From: a virus
Lineage: Duplodnaviria; Caudoviricetes
DNA: 64,000 nucleotides
Virus record (IMG/VR): IMGVR_UViG_3300011008_000004
Coordinates: 128,001 to 192,000 of that record
Reading direction: 5' to 3' (one strand)
Shown here: positions 11,945-22,868 of the stretch, piece after piece
How the letters are laid out: the number at the start of each line of letters is the position of its first letter
Position numbering within the stretch: the first letter of the stretch is position 1
Notes under the pieces: generated by a model
The model's database searches: none
The model's input: only the letters and a program-made list of their open reading frames with translations
Told to the model about the DNA's origin: nothing
Program-made: the position numbers and the translations under genes

Positions 11945-12649
11945 TTAGTCTATTCCTAAAACAAGTTGATTATTCTTTTTAAATTCTTCTCTTAAAGCTG
12001 CTAATTCAGCGTTTCCTTCTTCAAGAAGTGTTTGGCCGTCTTGTGTCCACAATGCGTTAGACTATGTGTATCTAGTTCTTATTCTTCCAACAATAGTTTT
12101 AGCTAATGCCGTTGATAATCTTACTAAATTATCAATCCAATAATCTGACTTTACTTGACTAACGTCATTATATCTTGGAACAAACTCTATAGTTATTCTT
12201 TCAGGTGTATCAAATGCGCAATTTATATACAATTGTTGTTTATCCCTATCAAATCTAAACGATAGATCTGTTGAGATAGTATTTCTCATTTGAAGCGCTG
12301 TATTCCAAGCTGCATAATTATAAGCCCAAGCATCGGTATTATAATTCGCGCCATTTCCAGCAAATATTTGCCATTGAGCCATATAAATAGGATCAGCCAT
12401 TCCAGTCTGTGTATTAGCTAACATTCCCTCAGTTCTAAAAACTCTTGATACAGAACTTGCACATAATTCTGATGTATCAATACAATGTGTATATGGAACT
12501 GTAACTAATGTAGTCGAACATATATAACGTTGTAGCTCTCTAAAAGCGGCCTATATTACCTTAGTGATTGTAGAATCATCTAACTCAGTTTCTAAAACAT
12601 AGCCTGTTAATGAGAGTTTAATTTCGTCTATGTAACTTTGTAAATCCAC
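11945..12649 (-). CDS. Neck protein/head-tail adaptor (gp13-like), TAG=Gln
   Basis: GTG 12649 with a GAGAGG SD. Reads YIDEIKL.L.G..LE.EL.D...ALAK..VGR.R.RY...DGQ.L.EEG..EL..L.E through TAGs at 12551 and 12062. Confidence 0.8.
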
Positions 12650-12782
12650 AGAACAAGGCCTCTCTTTATGATTATATAATAATTTAGCTATTATATGATG
12701 CATAAAATAAGCATAGACCAGTTGCGGAGGTGATTCAACCAGCCTATGCTCTATATCATACAGTTTACACTGATATGAACTA

Positions 12783-13604
12783 TTAAACAATTCTTATACG
12801 ATTAAAGCCACGTTTTTCTAATTCATCATTCAAATATTTAGCAAAATGAGGATCTTTAAATAATTCTACTCTCTCACTGTCTCTAATATGTTGCTTTAAA
12901 TCATATTCTATATTCCAAAAAGACCACACTAAATGTTCTATATCTGTAAATGATAATTTCTCTATATCTAACTTATCAAAAGGCCATATAACTTTCATTC
13001 CAACCTTAGCAACAGCGTCATCCAACATTTTTTGTTTTTCAAAAAATGTATTCATATGACTTTCATTATTTACCATTACTCTTATTTTCTTACGTTTAGT
13101 GCCTGTGTCTACAAGTGATTTCACTTCAGCGCTAGGCATACGCTCTCTAAGAGTTTTTAAAATATGTTTTACATTTTCTTTGCTATCATCTATAAGCCAG
13201 ACATAATATGATCCTGCTTTTCCAGTTATCTTCTTATAATCTAAGTCTTCTAAGGCATCATACAATTCAATAGGAATATCTTCCATAGCTTCTTTCAATT
13301 TCTTTTCAGGAACTATTGCGGGATAAATCTCATATTCGGCCTTAGCTAATGTATCTTCTAAATAATCTTTCTTAACAGGATCTTTTTCATTTTTAACTAA
13401 TCTTCTCAATGTTTGTACATCATCGCCTGTATAATCAAACATCAAATCCTCGTTAAGTCTATCTATATAAGATTCATAAGATGTAACTAAATCTTCATAT
13501 TCAGATTCTTCTAAATACTTTTTAGCTATGGTTTTTATATCATTTAAATCTAATAAAAGTTGTTCTTTATCATCTTTAAAATTTTGAAGTCTTCTTAAAT
13601 ACAT
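12783..13604 (-). CDS. Hypothetical modular protein with LNED/LKEA sites
   Basis: Intact 273-aa ORF. Confidence 0.55.
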   Translation of the reverse strand: MYLRRLQNFKDDKEQLLLDLNDIKTIAKKYLEESEYEDLVTSYESYIDRLNEDLMFDYTGDDVQTLRRLVKNEKDPVKKDYLEDTLAKAEYEIYPAIVPEKKLKEAMEDIPIELYDALEDLDYKKITGKAGSYYVWLIDDSKENVKHILKTLRERMPSAEVKSLVDTGTKRKKIRVMVNNESHMNTFFEKQKMLDDAVAKVGMKVIWPFDKLDIEKLSFTDIEHLVWSFWNIEYDLKQHIRDSERVELFKDPHFAKYLNDELEKRGFNRIRIV

Positions 13605-13628
13605 ATTATATAAAGCTGTTGTACCTAA

Positions 13629-14006
13629 CTATTCAACTAAATGTTTAACATCTTTATCTGCTAAAACAAATTTATCAACATATTCTTGAGCAAATACATC
13701 AACAACTTTATTATCAATTATAAGTGCGACATCATAATATTCATCAAATTCATAATCATATTTAGAATCATTAGTCAAAAACCAATCTTCATCATATCTA
13801 CTTTCTAAATTATCAAATTCTTCAGGGTCTTCATACATAGCTAATATAGCATCTTTTTGAGGATATGACAATTTTATGTTAAAAGTATCTTTAGAAGTTT
13901 TCTCAGAATCTATATCATCATAAATCATATTTTCATCTGATTCTAAAATAATCTTATTATCATTATATAATTTTTCAAAACTTTCATTTAAATTTAATCT
14001 TGGCAT
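13629..14006 (-). CDS. Hypothetical acidic protein (N-terminal LNESFE)
   Basis: Intact ORF with a GCTAAATT motif upstream. Confidence 0.55.
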   Translation of the reverse strand: MPRLNLNESFEKLYNDNKIILESDENMIYDDIDSEKTSKDTFNIKLSYPQKDAILAMYEDPEEFDNLESRYDEDWFLTNDSKYDYEFDEYYDVALIIDNKVVDVFAQEYVDKFVLADKDVKHLVE

Positions 14007-14099
14007 TTTGCATTCCTAAAATTAGTCTTACAATGTTTAATTTAGCTTAAATATAGAGATCATAGAATGACCTTCAGGATTAGTTAAATACTACGCTAA

Positions 14100-14252
14100 T
14101 TATTTATATTGCTTATGTTCTTTCAAATAATCTATGACTGCTTGTCTTATAACTGCAGCGACCGTGGTTTCATTATCTTTAGCAAAATCTTTTAACTTAG
14201 ATAATAATTCTTTAGATATTTGTAAACTTATCATTGTTTTATCTTTTTTCAT
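14100..14252 (-). CDS. Ribbon-helix-helix (CopG-like) DNA-binding protein
   Basis: ISLQISKELLSKLKDFAKDNETTVAAVIRQAVIDYL is a typical RHH pattern; ATG 14252. Confidence 0.8.
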   Translation of the reverse strand: MKKDKTMISLQISKELLSKLKDFAKDNETTVAAVIRQAVIDYLKEHKQYK

Positions 14253-14300
14253 ATTTAATTTAGCAACACAAAATAAAAGCAGTGAAAATATTTTCACTGC

Positions 14301-14741
14301 TTAAATTATTTCACCATCATCAATCTGAATTGATCTTGATCTTGATCTTATATTATATTTTATATTATTTTCACAAGTTTTCCAATCGTCTGAAAATTCT
14401 AATAAATGAATCGCTCTTGATTTATCTAAGCAATCTTTTAAGCTATCATCTATTATTAACTGTATTGTTCCAAAATCATTTTCAACATTACCTTCATCTA
14501 TATAGGTTGCATCTATATAAGCGTATATGTCTTTAAATTTATTTTGAACATCAGATAAATCTATGCAAAAATAATAACCTCTTATATTAAATTGTATGAC
14601 ATTATTACTATAGTCTATTATAAAATTATCTACGCTAAGAAGTTTATTAACTATATTAGTTAAATTAAATTCTTCTTGTGAAATCATTTTAAATTTATAA
14701 TAAAACTTATTATTTTCTTCACATTTGTCTACTAATTTCAT
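14301..14741 (-). CDS. Hypothetical protein
   Basis: Intact 146-aa ORF. Confidence 0.5.
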   Translation of the reverse strand: MKLVDKCEENNKFYYKFKMISQEEFNLTNIVNKLLSVDNFIIDYSNNVIQFNIRGYYFCIDLSDVQNKFKDIYAYIDATYIDEGNVENDFGTIQLIIDDSLKDCLDKSRAIHLLEFSDDWKTCENNIKYNIRSRSRSIQIDDGEII

Positions 14742-14759
14742 ATAATTAATTATACAAAA

Positions 14760-15233
14760 TTATATATCTAATAGTTTATACTTTTTAGCTCTACTAAATA
14801 CATTTTTCTTATCATAATCTTTTCCAAAATAATTTAAAGCAAATTCATTTAATGCATTACCTTGATGTATCTGCCAGTCTTGTATATGTGGTTTACCTAA
14901 TATGTCACACACTCTATTTATACGATATCTACAAACTGGTATAATTTTAAAATCATATTCATTTCCAAATATCTTATCAGAATCAGCTCCTGCTATTAAA
15001 CAAGCAATTAGTAAATTACCAGAGCCACAAGTCGGATCAAGTATCTTTAAACCTGACAATGATTCACATTCAAATTTTTCTAACATCTGAATACATACAT
15101 CTGCAGGAGTATAGAATTGTCCTAAATTCTTTCTATCTTCTTTATAAAGACCTTCATATAGATTAGATTTAAATTCCTCACTATTTAAGATAGTTTTTAT
15201 ATTAAGTTTTTGTTCATCAGTTAACTTAAACAA
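14760..15233 (-). CDS. N6-adenine DNA methyltransferase SAM-binding half (motifs X, I-III; no NPPY)
   Basis: LGQFYTP, ILDPTCGSGNLL, GNEYD and GNAL motifs; ends before catalytic motif IV. Confidence 0.75.
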   Translation of the reverse strand: MFKLTDEQKLNIKTILNSEEFKSNLYEGLYKEDRKNLGQFYTPADVCIQMLEKFECESLSGLKILDPTCGSGNLLIACLIAGADSDKIFGNEYDFKIIPVCRYRINRVCDILGKPHIQDWQIHQGNALNEFALNYFGKDYDKKNVFSRAKKYKLLDI

Positions 15234-15246
15234 AATAACTCCTAAA

Positions 15247-15825
15247 TTATATACTTGTTAGTTTCAATAGTCTTTTATAAAATATTTCTCTGTCACTATC
15301 AGTTAAATCTAAATGATTAAGCCAGTACTTCAAAAGATCACAGTAATCATCATAATTATACTCAATAATACTAAATGCTTTTTCTTGCCAAGGTTGTAAT
15401 TTTATACTATAACTAAACCAATCGTTTAATTGTGGTATCATAAAATTTATAACACCATCAGATATAAAGCCACCGAGTTGTTCTTTTCTAAGAAGATTTA
15501 TTTTTATATGAATAATTAAATGTTCTAAATAATTGCAATATGTAAGATTTTCAGCATGCTGATACATATAGTCAAATTGTCTAGCAACTTTAGGATCTGA
15601 TAAATTATTTACTAACGAATTCGCAGGATCATATTCATAATCATGATGGACAAACAATCCCTCATTACCTCTACCGTTCTTAGTTGACTTTCTCGTGCAG
15701 TTAACATCCATGAAATAGTTCTCAGAAACAGGTCCGTATTTTTCTTTTAGATATTGATATAGAGCCGGAAGTTCTAGATCCAACTCTTTCTTGATTTCTG
15801 ATTTATTCATATTTATATAAATCAA
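15247..15825 (-). CDS. HNH-like (beta-beta-alpha-Me) nuclease
   Basis: GLFVHH.YE...NLTYCNYLEHLIIH. Confidence 0.55.
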   Translation of the reverse strand: MIYINMNKSEIKKELDLELPALYQYLKEKYGPVSENYFMDVNCTRKSTKNGRGNEGLFVHHDYEYDPANSLVNNLSDPKVARQFDYMYQHAENLTYCNYLEHLIIHIKINLLRKEQLGGFISDGVINFMIPQLNDWFSYSIKLQPWQEKAFSIIEYNYDDYCDLLKYWLNHLDLTDSDREIFYKRLLKLTSI

Positions 15826-16015
15826 TAATTTCTTTCTTTAAATTAGACAATAGTTTGTCATTTAATTTTAGGTCAGAATAAGTAGTAATAAGTGATGCTA
15901 AATATCTATAAGTTTCTTCTACTCTAGCTAATTCTTCCTCCAAGGTGCCAGTTAGTCCCAAATGTTCTCTAGCTTCTCTATTTAATGCTTTTATTTGTTC
16001 TTGTTGAAAATTCAT
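15803..16015 (-). CDS. Small hypothetical protein
   Basis: 70-aa ORF coupled within the operon. Confidence 0.5.
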   Translation of the reverse strand: MNFQQEQIKALNREAREHLGLTGTLEEELARVEETYRYLASLITTYSDLKLNDKLLSNLKKEIIDLYKYE

Positions 16016-16018
16016 AAT

Positions 16019-17170
16019 TTATAATATCTCCTTTACAATTTTACATATTTCTTTTTCTTTGTCATTTAGTTCAAATTTTTCAGCGGCTTCGATTAAGATC
16101 TTTTGATTTTCTTCGCTCACATTTAGCTTTGTAAATACGTCATTCCAAGTTAAACAATCTGAATAGTCAATGTCAGCCCATCTACACCAACCTTCAGGAC
16201 TTGAGCTATAAATTAATTTAATGAATTTTAAACCCAATTCTGAATATACTAATTTTTTAAACTGTAAACATCCTTTAATTTTAGCTATCGGACAATTAGG
16301 ATAGTCTGCTCCATCTTTATAATCTTCTTTGAAAATGTTATATCTAGTGGAATATGTCCAATCTTTTCCATTTGCTACTGCTAAATACCCATGAATGACA
16401 TCAAAGCCCCCAGAATTTTGAGTAAATATAGTGTCATCATATACTAACTTAGATCCACATCTACCTCCATTAAAAATGGTCTTATTTTCACATACATGAT
16501 GTAGATAATCTATTATAGCTGATTTAACTTCTTTATCATTATGTCTAATTTGAAGTAAACATCTTGCATCCACTTCAGTGAAATTATTTTCTACTCGTTG
16601 AATCTTTGTAAGTGCTGGAGTTACGGCTGCATCAGAAAAAGCATTAGGACAAATATTAGGAGTGCTATCAGTATCAATATATCTATAAATATTATTTGAA
16701 AAGAAGTAATCATTACCAGGTTCAAGATTTACATATTCCTTAAATTCAACTGTATCAATAATTTTCTTTGTGATATTAGCCCCTATTTTCCCATAAGGTG
16801 GATTGGCTATAATTAAATCAAATTTCATTGTATTTATATCCTTAAATTTAACAAAATTTATATTAATATTCTTATACACATCCTTTATAAAATATACAAT
16901 ATGATCAAATATTGAATCATTGTCACCTGTATAAAAAGTTAATGTAATATCTAAATTACTTTTGGTTAAAAGTTTATTAACTATCTGTAATCCGGCATCA
17001 TCAATAACTAAAATAGATTTCTTATTATATAAATTTGCATAATCAATTATAGTATTTATACTTTCTTCTGAAAAACAAAAATACTCTCTACCAATGTGCT
17101 TAGTTACTGCATTTATGCTATTTATAAGTCGTTTAGATATATTAGTTTTATTATAATTAAAAATATTCAT
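16019..17170 (-). CDS. Amino-methyltransferase-like protein with NPPY motif and probable target-recognition region
   Basis: FDLIIANPPYG; lacks a canonical FxGxG motif I. Confidence 0.65.
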   Translation of the reverse strand: MNIFNYNKTNISKRLINSINAVTKHIGREYFCFSEESINTIIDYANLYNKKSILVIDDAGLQIVNKLLTKSNLDITLTFYTGDNDSIFDHIVYFIKDVYKNININFVKFKDINTMKFDLIIANPPYGKIGANITKKIIDTVEFKEYVNLEPGNDYFFSNNIYRYIDTDSTPNICPNAFSDAAVTPALTKIQRVENNFTEVDARCLLQIRHNDKEVKSAIIDYLHHVCENKTIFNGGRCGSKLVYDDTIFTQNSGGFDVIHGYLAVANGKDWTYSTRYNIFKEDYKDGADYPNCPIAKIKGCLQFKKLVYSELGLKFIKLIYSSSPEGWCRWADIDYSDCLTWNDVFTKLNVSEENQKILIEAAEKFELNDKEKEICKIVKEIL

Positions 17171-17172
17171 AA

Positions 17173-19038
17173 TTACTCAACACAAACTTTATCTAAATAT
17201 TTATATATCATTGACACATATCTTGGATATTGTTTTAACACATAAGTCCAAGCTTCTCTAGGACCAAACAAACCCTCAATAACATATTTCCATTTCCCTT
17301 CATCATATAAATCAGTAGCAATAACTGTATCCTCATCATCGCCTGAATCTTTTAGATGACTTATAGTGTTTACAAAACTAGCTTCCAAGCGCTGTCTATA
17401 ATCTTGCGTGTATTTATCTACTTCATCAGCTTCATTATCTTTACCTATATTTCTTAAAGCTTTTGCAAGCTACTGTGAAGTGCTAGCTCTTTTAACAGCT
17501 TCACTATCTCTAAGTGAGGGATCTCTTCCAAACAACTCTTCTTTTATATCATTTAAAGATTTAGCATCATCGAAAAATCTAAACACTTCAGGGGAGAATA
17601 ATTCAAAATTAAATTCTTCAAATAATAGTCTTTGTCCAGGTCTATAAGTATTAAGAATATCTATAATTTGATTATAATCTTTAACTTCTTCTAAATTAAG
17701 AATTAATTTAATAGCGCCATTGTCTATTGCTTGATTAAACGCATCTTTTTCAGAAGTATTAGATGATTTATTCATAAGTTTAGCGTAATCATTGAAAGCT
17801 GTTAAGCCTTGCCACTGATTAAAACATAAACAATAGCCCACAGTTTTACCTTCTTCAGGCGTTCTAACTCTCTGACTTTTTTGAATAAATGGAATAGCTT
17901 GAGTCGTATCTTTTAAGAAAGCTACAGCATCAAGATGTTTTAACGTAGTGCCGGTGCCACATTTATTACAAGTTATACCTATTTTAACTTTCCCATTATT
18001 CGTAGAATAAAAGTCATTTAGCTTATCAGCTTCTGTGTCAAGTTTCTTCTCATCTTCAGACTCAGTTGTATTATCAGAAATGTAATCTCCACATAAATTT
18101 ATAAATTCTATTTTATTTAAATATAATTTAGAATAATTTTTAACAATATCATTACCTACTTTCTTAAGAGGCACAAAAAATAAAAAATTATTTATATGTT
18201 TAGTGTCTGCAAACTCTATAATCTTGTCTAAAAATTCAATAGCATATTCTTTATAATGATAATCAGAAAATATTTTCTTAAAGTATGCTGAACTTACGCC
18301 ATACTTCTTACTGTCATTAGCATCTGAAATTACGTCCATAGCTGAATCGCAATTTTTAGCGTAATTCAAAACATGCATCTCGAGTTGAACCGGTATATAA
18401 TCAGTTATAAGTCCACTATTAAAATCATCTCTTTCATCAGCTATAGTGTACATATATGACTTGTCATCTCCATCGGCAGTATCTAAGCTAAATTCTTCTT
18501 TTAAATAATTCCTATAAGGAGTTCCAGATAAATAAACCTTATTATAGTTGCGTAGTCTATTTAATATAGTATTGTCTGTACGTTCAGTGCCAGCGCCAAT
18601 ATGTGATTCATCGTAAACTAATGTTCTAATACCGTCATGATTATTAAAAAATTTCAACAATTCTAAACTTTTTTGAGATTCATTACCAAGTTTCTGTGTA
18701 GAACAATATATAACGTGTCGTCCGGTATAAGATAAACTATTAAAATCTATATCATTTATCTCCTGTTCTAATATAGAAGTATCAAAACCAACCTTTTTAG
18801 CGCCATCTCTCCATTCATTTTTAATAGATAAAGTAGATATAATTAAAATGATTTGATTAGATATATTTAATTCATCGGCTAAATCTTTCAATGTTTGTAA
18901 AGTTGTTATAGTTTTACCAAATCTACAATTAGCAGCTATAAGAAATTCTTTTATGCCTTTTTTATAACTATTTATTAGTTTATTATGACACTCTTCTTGT
19001 CTCAATCTAAGTTGCCAACCATTACTTAATTTAATCAT
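17173..19038 (-). CDS. SF2 helicase/ATPase, restriction (Res)-like (1 TAG)
   Basis: LRLRQ, CRFGKT, YDESH, LSGTP, GTGTT and QRVRT motifs. Track ORFs 17470..19050 and 17173..17388 join in frame through TAG 17470-17472. GAGGTG SD before ATG 19038. Confidence 0.8.
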
Positions 19039-19067
19039 ATTACACCTCATTTACAATTTACAAATTT

Positions 19068-19096
19068 ATTGTAATACAAAATTTAAGATAAGTCAA
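19068..19096 (-). promoter_or_regulatory. sigma70/sigmaA-type promoter of the helicase/MTase island
   Basis: TTGACT-N17-TACAAT. Confidence 0.65.
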
Positions 19097-19109
19097 CTAA
19101 ATATTTAAC

Positions 19110-19147
19110 AAAAAAAAATGCTGATAGAAATTCATCTATCAGCATTT
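19110..19147 (-). terminator. Intrinsic terminator after major capsid gene
   Basis: Stem AAATGCTGATAGA/TCTATCAGCATTT plus a long T-run on the - strand. Confidence 0.8.
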
Positions 19148-19170
19148 AATTTCAATTTAACTTACTTCAA

Positions 19171-20502
19171 TTAAGCAAGAGTCTTAATATTAAGACCAGT
19201 GTTCTTGATTTCAGTAAAGTCTTCGTAAATCTTACCAGCAACTAATAAGTTCTTGTTTAAGATCTTAAGGTCATATAAAGTTGACCAACCTTGTGTCATA
19301 TTACCGTCAGCGAATCCAAGTAATTGAGTTGGAACGATAGGCATATAAGGAGCATAAACTGCTGCACTTGAAGCCATGTCAGAACCATTAACACCAAATA
19401 CGAATTTACCAGCTTCAAGAGCAGGAGATACGTAAACTTTAATACCACCGATTGTACCACACATATAAGGACCATTGATTGCACCTACAGGAGCTGCAGT
19501 AAATCCTTTGCAGAATTGAACAACAGGAAGAACGTCAGAAGCAATTAACATGTATGTAGGAGCAAATCTCTTTGTTCTATCATAGATGATTCTTGTTGCA
19601 TCAGCGATAACTTTTGCAAATGCTTCATATCTTTCAAACATTGTTTCACCAACTCTTTGAGCGATATTGAATTTTAATGTGTTATCTAATTCAGCATTAT
19701 CAGCTAAAAGTTGAACAACTTCAGAGTCGATTTCATAAGATAATTGACCTACAGCTTTTTCAGCTAATTGGTCGCCAAGATCGAAACCATAATCTGTTTT
19801 AGCTTGGAAAGCAGCAAATTGAGAGAAGTAAATAGCAATGTGTCTAGCTTTTGCAACTAAAGGCATTGTCTTCATTTGTGCTTTAATAGTAGGAAGATCG
19901 TTTTGAGGAACGATTTGGTTGTCATATACATATGCAACTTTAACTACGTTTGTAGCACCACCAAAATCGATAGTGCCGTCTTTAGCAACGGTTACGCCTG
20001 CAACTTCTGTGCCATCACTTGCGAAAGCTTTGAATGTTTCAGGAATAACAGGTGTCCAAACAACTTTTGTTTGACCTGCAGTTAAAACTTCAACAACTCT
20101 AGCGCCAGTGTAGTCAGGGTCAACTTTACCAAGACCAAATGGACTATTGAATAAGTCACCTTGTTTAATAGCACCTTTGTTACTTCCAGCAACATATTCA
20201 ACATAGTTGATATAACCACTGTAAGAAGTCATAGGATGAACTATTACGATATCATGTGCTATTAAGTTAGGTAATGCAACTGTAACTAAGTTAAGTGCAA
20301 ATTTCTTATAAGCACCTAAATCACTTCTTTGAGTTCCAACAGAACTTTCAAAAGCTTCGTTAATGCAACGATTTACGTTTTCAAGGCACTTAGCAACTAC
20401 TAATTTTTTATTGTCGCTCATCTTAGCACCATTATGTGCTTGCATGTGCATTTTTTCAGAAAGAGCGAGTCTATTTTTATAACTTTCGAATAAAGTATTC
20501 AT
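19171..20502 (-). CDS. Major capsid protein (T4 gp23-like)
   Basis: LPNLIAHDIV.V.PM....G.I, AKAR, EIDSEV and AVYAPYMP motifs; follows the protease; TAG-free. Confidence 0.92.
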   Translation of the reverse strand: MNTLFESYKNRLALSEKMHMQAHNGAKMSDNKKLVVAKCLENVNRCINEAFESSVGTQRSDLGAYKKFALNLVTVALPNLIAHDIVIVHPMTSYSGYINYVEYVAGSNKGAIKQGDLFNSPFGLGKVDPDYTGARVVEVLTAGQTKVVWTPVIPETFKAFASDGTEVAGVTVAKDGTIDFGGATNVVKVAYVYDNQIVPQNDLPTIKAQMKTMPLVAKARHIAIYFSQFAAFQAKTDYGFDLGDQLAEKAVGQLSYEIDSEVVQLLADNAELDNTLKFNIAQRVGETMFERYEAFAKVIADATRIIYDRTKRFAPTYMLIASDVLPVVQFCKGFTAAPVGAINGPYMCGTIGGIKVYVSPALEAGKFVFGVNGSDMASSAAVYAPYMPIVPTQLLGFADGNMTQGWSTLYDLKILNKNLLVAGKIYEDFTEIKNTGLNIKTLA

Positions 20503-20533
20503 AACTCTTTTAATTCCTTAAATATATAGAATC

Positions 20534-22174
20534 TTATTGATTCATTTGTTTATTAGCGAGATTTATTAGACTTTCGTCTACAGTATCATCATGCCAAGCA
20601 TCTCTCGTTAAAGGCTCGACAGATTCAGTTACTTTAAATCTAACATCTTTACGATCATTAGCAAATGGTAACTTGTTAACATTAATTTGATAGTCTCTAA
20701 TACCTTCACAAATTTTATCTATATCTGCAAAAGAATAATTTTCAGACAATCTATTTTTAATTTCATTAGCTGAAACTCTTAATTGTCTTGCCTTAGAATC
20801 TATATATCTGTCAACAGCTGTATTAGCTATTTTTTGATATTTCTCTGCAATAGATTTCATTTTGCTAATCTTATCAGAGTATTCTTTACTCTTAATGATA
20901 GCATTTTTCTTAGCTTCCTCTAAATCTTCTTTTAAAGAATTATTGGTTGCTTTAATACTTTCAACTAACTTTCTTTCAGTAGCTAAACTTTCTTTTAAAC
21001 TATGTATAGTCTTATCTTTAGATGCGACTGACTCATTTAAAATAGTTTGTTTACTTGCTTCAGATTTTTTAGCTTCAAGCATTTGTCTAATTTTAATATT
21101 CTTTTGATTGATAATTCTATCTTTTGTCTTTAATTGTTCATTAAGTTCAGCAATAGTCTTATCTTTCTCTGATATATCTTCACTAGACTGTTTAACTTTA
21201 CTTTGAAGATTAACAACTTCAGATCTTAAAACTTTAGAATTTTTACTTGATTCACTTAATTCAACTGTAGAAGATTTAAATCTTCTAAGTTCTTCTTGCA
21301 ATTCTGCTTCTTTCGCATCGTGAACTGATAGCTTTTCTTGTAAGGAAATAAGCTAATCTTTTAAAATTTTGTTTTGTCTTAATTGTTCTTGCAATTCTTT
21401 AACTACTTCTATTCCGTTATCATCGGCTACAGGTTTGTCATCGACTGCTTCAATCTTCTCTATATTCGATTCAGATTCAACTTTCGTTTCTTCTGATTTT
21501 TCGACTTTTTTATTTTCTTCTAAATCTATACCTATTTCTTTTAAAGCTTCAATCATTACTTTTTTATCATTTTCATTTTTAGCTTTAGCTATAGATTCAG
21601 TTAAAACCTTTTCTAATGTTTTGCCTTTCTTTTTAGTTTGTAAAGATTCTGTAACATATTGTAAACGAGCTTCTTTAACTGCTGGAATCAATACAACATC
21701 AAAACATTCAAAATTATATGTATCAGGATCTACTGATTCTTCACCATTATAATCTTCAATAGTTTCACCAGTTCCTCTTGAAGAAATACCTACAGTACTA
21801 CCATATTGACATAATGTATTTAATATATTGCCACATGGTGTATCTAATATATCTAAAACAGCATAAAGCTTATTGTCTTTACCACGTTTAGGCATTTCAG
21901 GCATTGATACCGCTACTTTTTCGATATCAAGCTCTGTTCTATCTTCAGGGTGTCCTAATTCACCATAACATACTTTATTTTTAAATTTTTCCTGAGTTAA
22001 TGGATCACTAAAAACCTTTTCCCATAATTGCTCAGAATATCTACGTCCATTTCTTGTAGGAAAAGCTATATCAGCAACAGGACCAACTAAACGAGCAAGT
22101 ATTTTTCTAGCTTTCATTTCCTCTGCAGATAACTTTTTATATTCAAATTTAGGTGTATTTAAACTTTCTAACAT
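20534..22174 (-). CDS. Prohead protease (gp21-like) fused to a coiled-coil scaffold domain (546 aa, 1 TAG)
   Basis: NGRRY, YGELGHP, ILDTP.G, GISSRG.G and FDVV..PA motifs; continues in frame through TAG 21353-21355 into ORF 20534..21301. Confidence 0.88.
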
Positions 22175-22366
22175 TTAAATCTCCAGAAGCCAATAACTCT
22201 TAAAATATATGACATTTTATCATATATAATAATTTAGCTATGGCTTTATAAGCTTATTTTAATATTTATGCAATATGATTAATTTTATTTCCGGAAGTCG
22301 TTTATATATTAATTTAAAATATATAATTATTATATAATATATTAATATAAACACTATTTCCGGAAG

Positions 22367-22822
22367 TTAAATATTCTTTAATTCTTCAAATGCTTTTATA
22401 TCAATTTTAATAAGTCTTAACAATTGTTGAATATTTGTTAAATCATAATTTTGAAAATATAATGTTAAAACTTTTGATATTTCTAATGCTCTTGCATGTT
22501 TTAAAAATAATTGTTTGTCATCTGCTCTTCTACTAAATAATAAAATTTGATTTAGCATAGCTGCTAATGTTGTTAAAGCTTCATTCGGATCTTCAACTTG
22601 TTTCATTATATTAGTGTATAATTTACTTTTATTTTTATTATGATTTTGTCTTATTCTTTCATAGAACGCTATAACATCTAATTGTCTATGATCATTTATA
22701 AATTTTATAACATCTACTGGAAGTTCTTTAGACTTATATAATGTCTAAATTTGTGTAGTAGTATCTATGCCATTGTTTTCAATTTCAGATAACAATAACA
22801 ATAAATCATTTTTAGTTATCAT
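22367..22822 (-). CDS. Hypothetical protein between portal and protease (TAG=Gln)
   Basis: ATG 22822 with an AAGGAG SD, in frame with track ORF 22367..22606. Confidence 0.65.
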
Positions 22823-22868
22823 GTGATATATTTCTCCTTTCGTATCACGAATTGGTTTTTAATTATTT

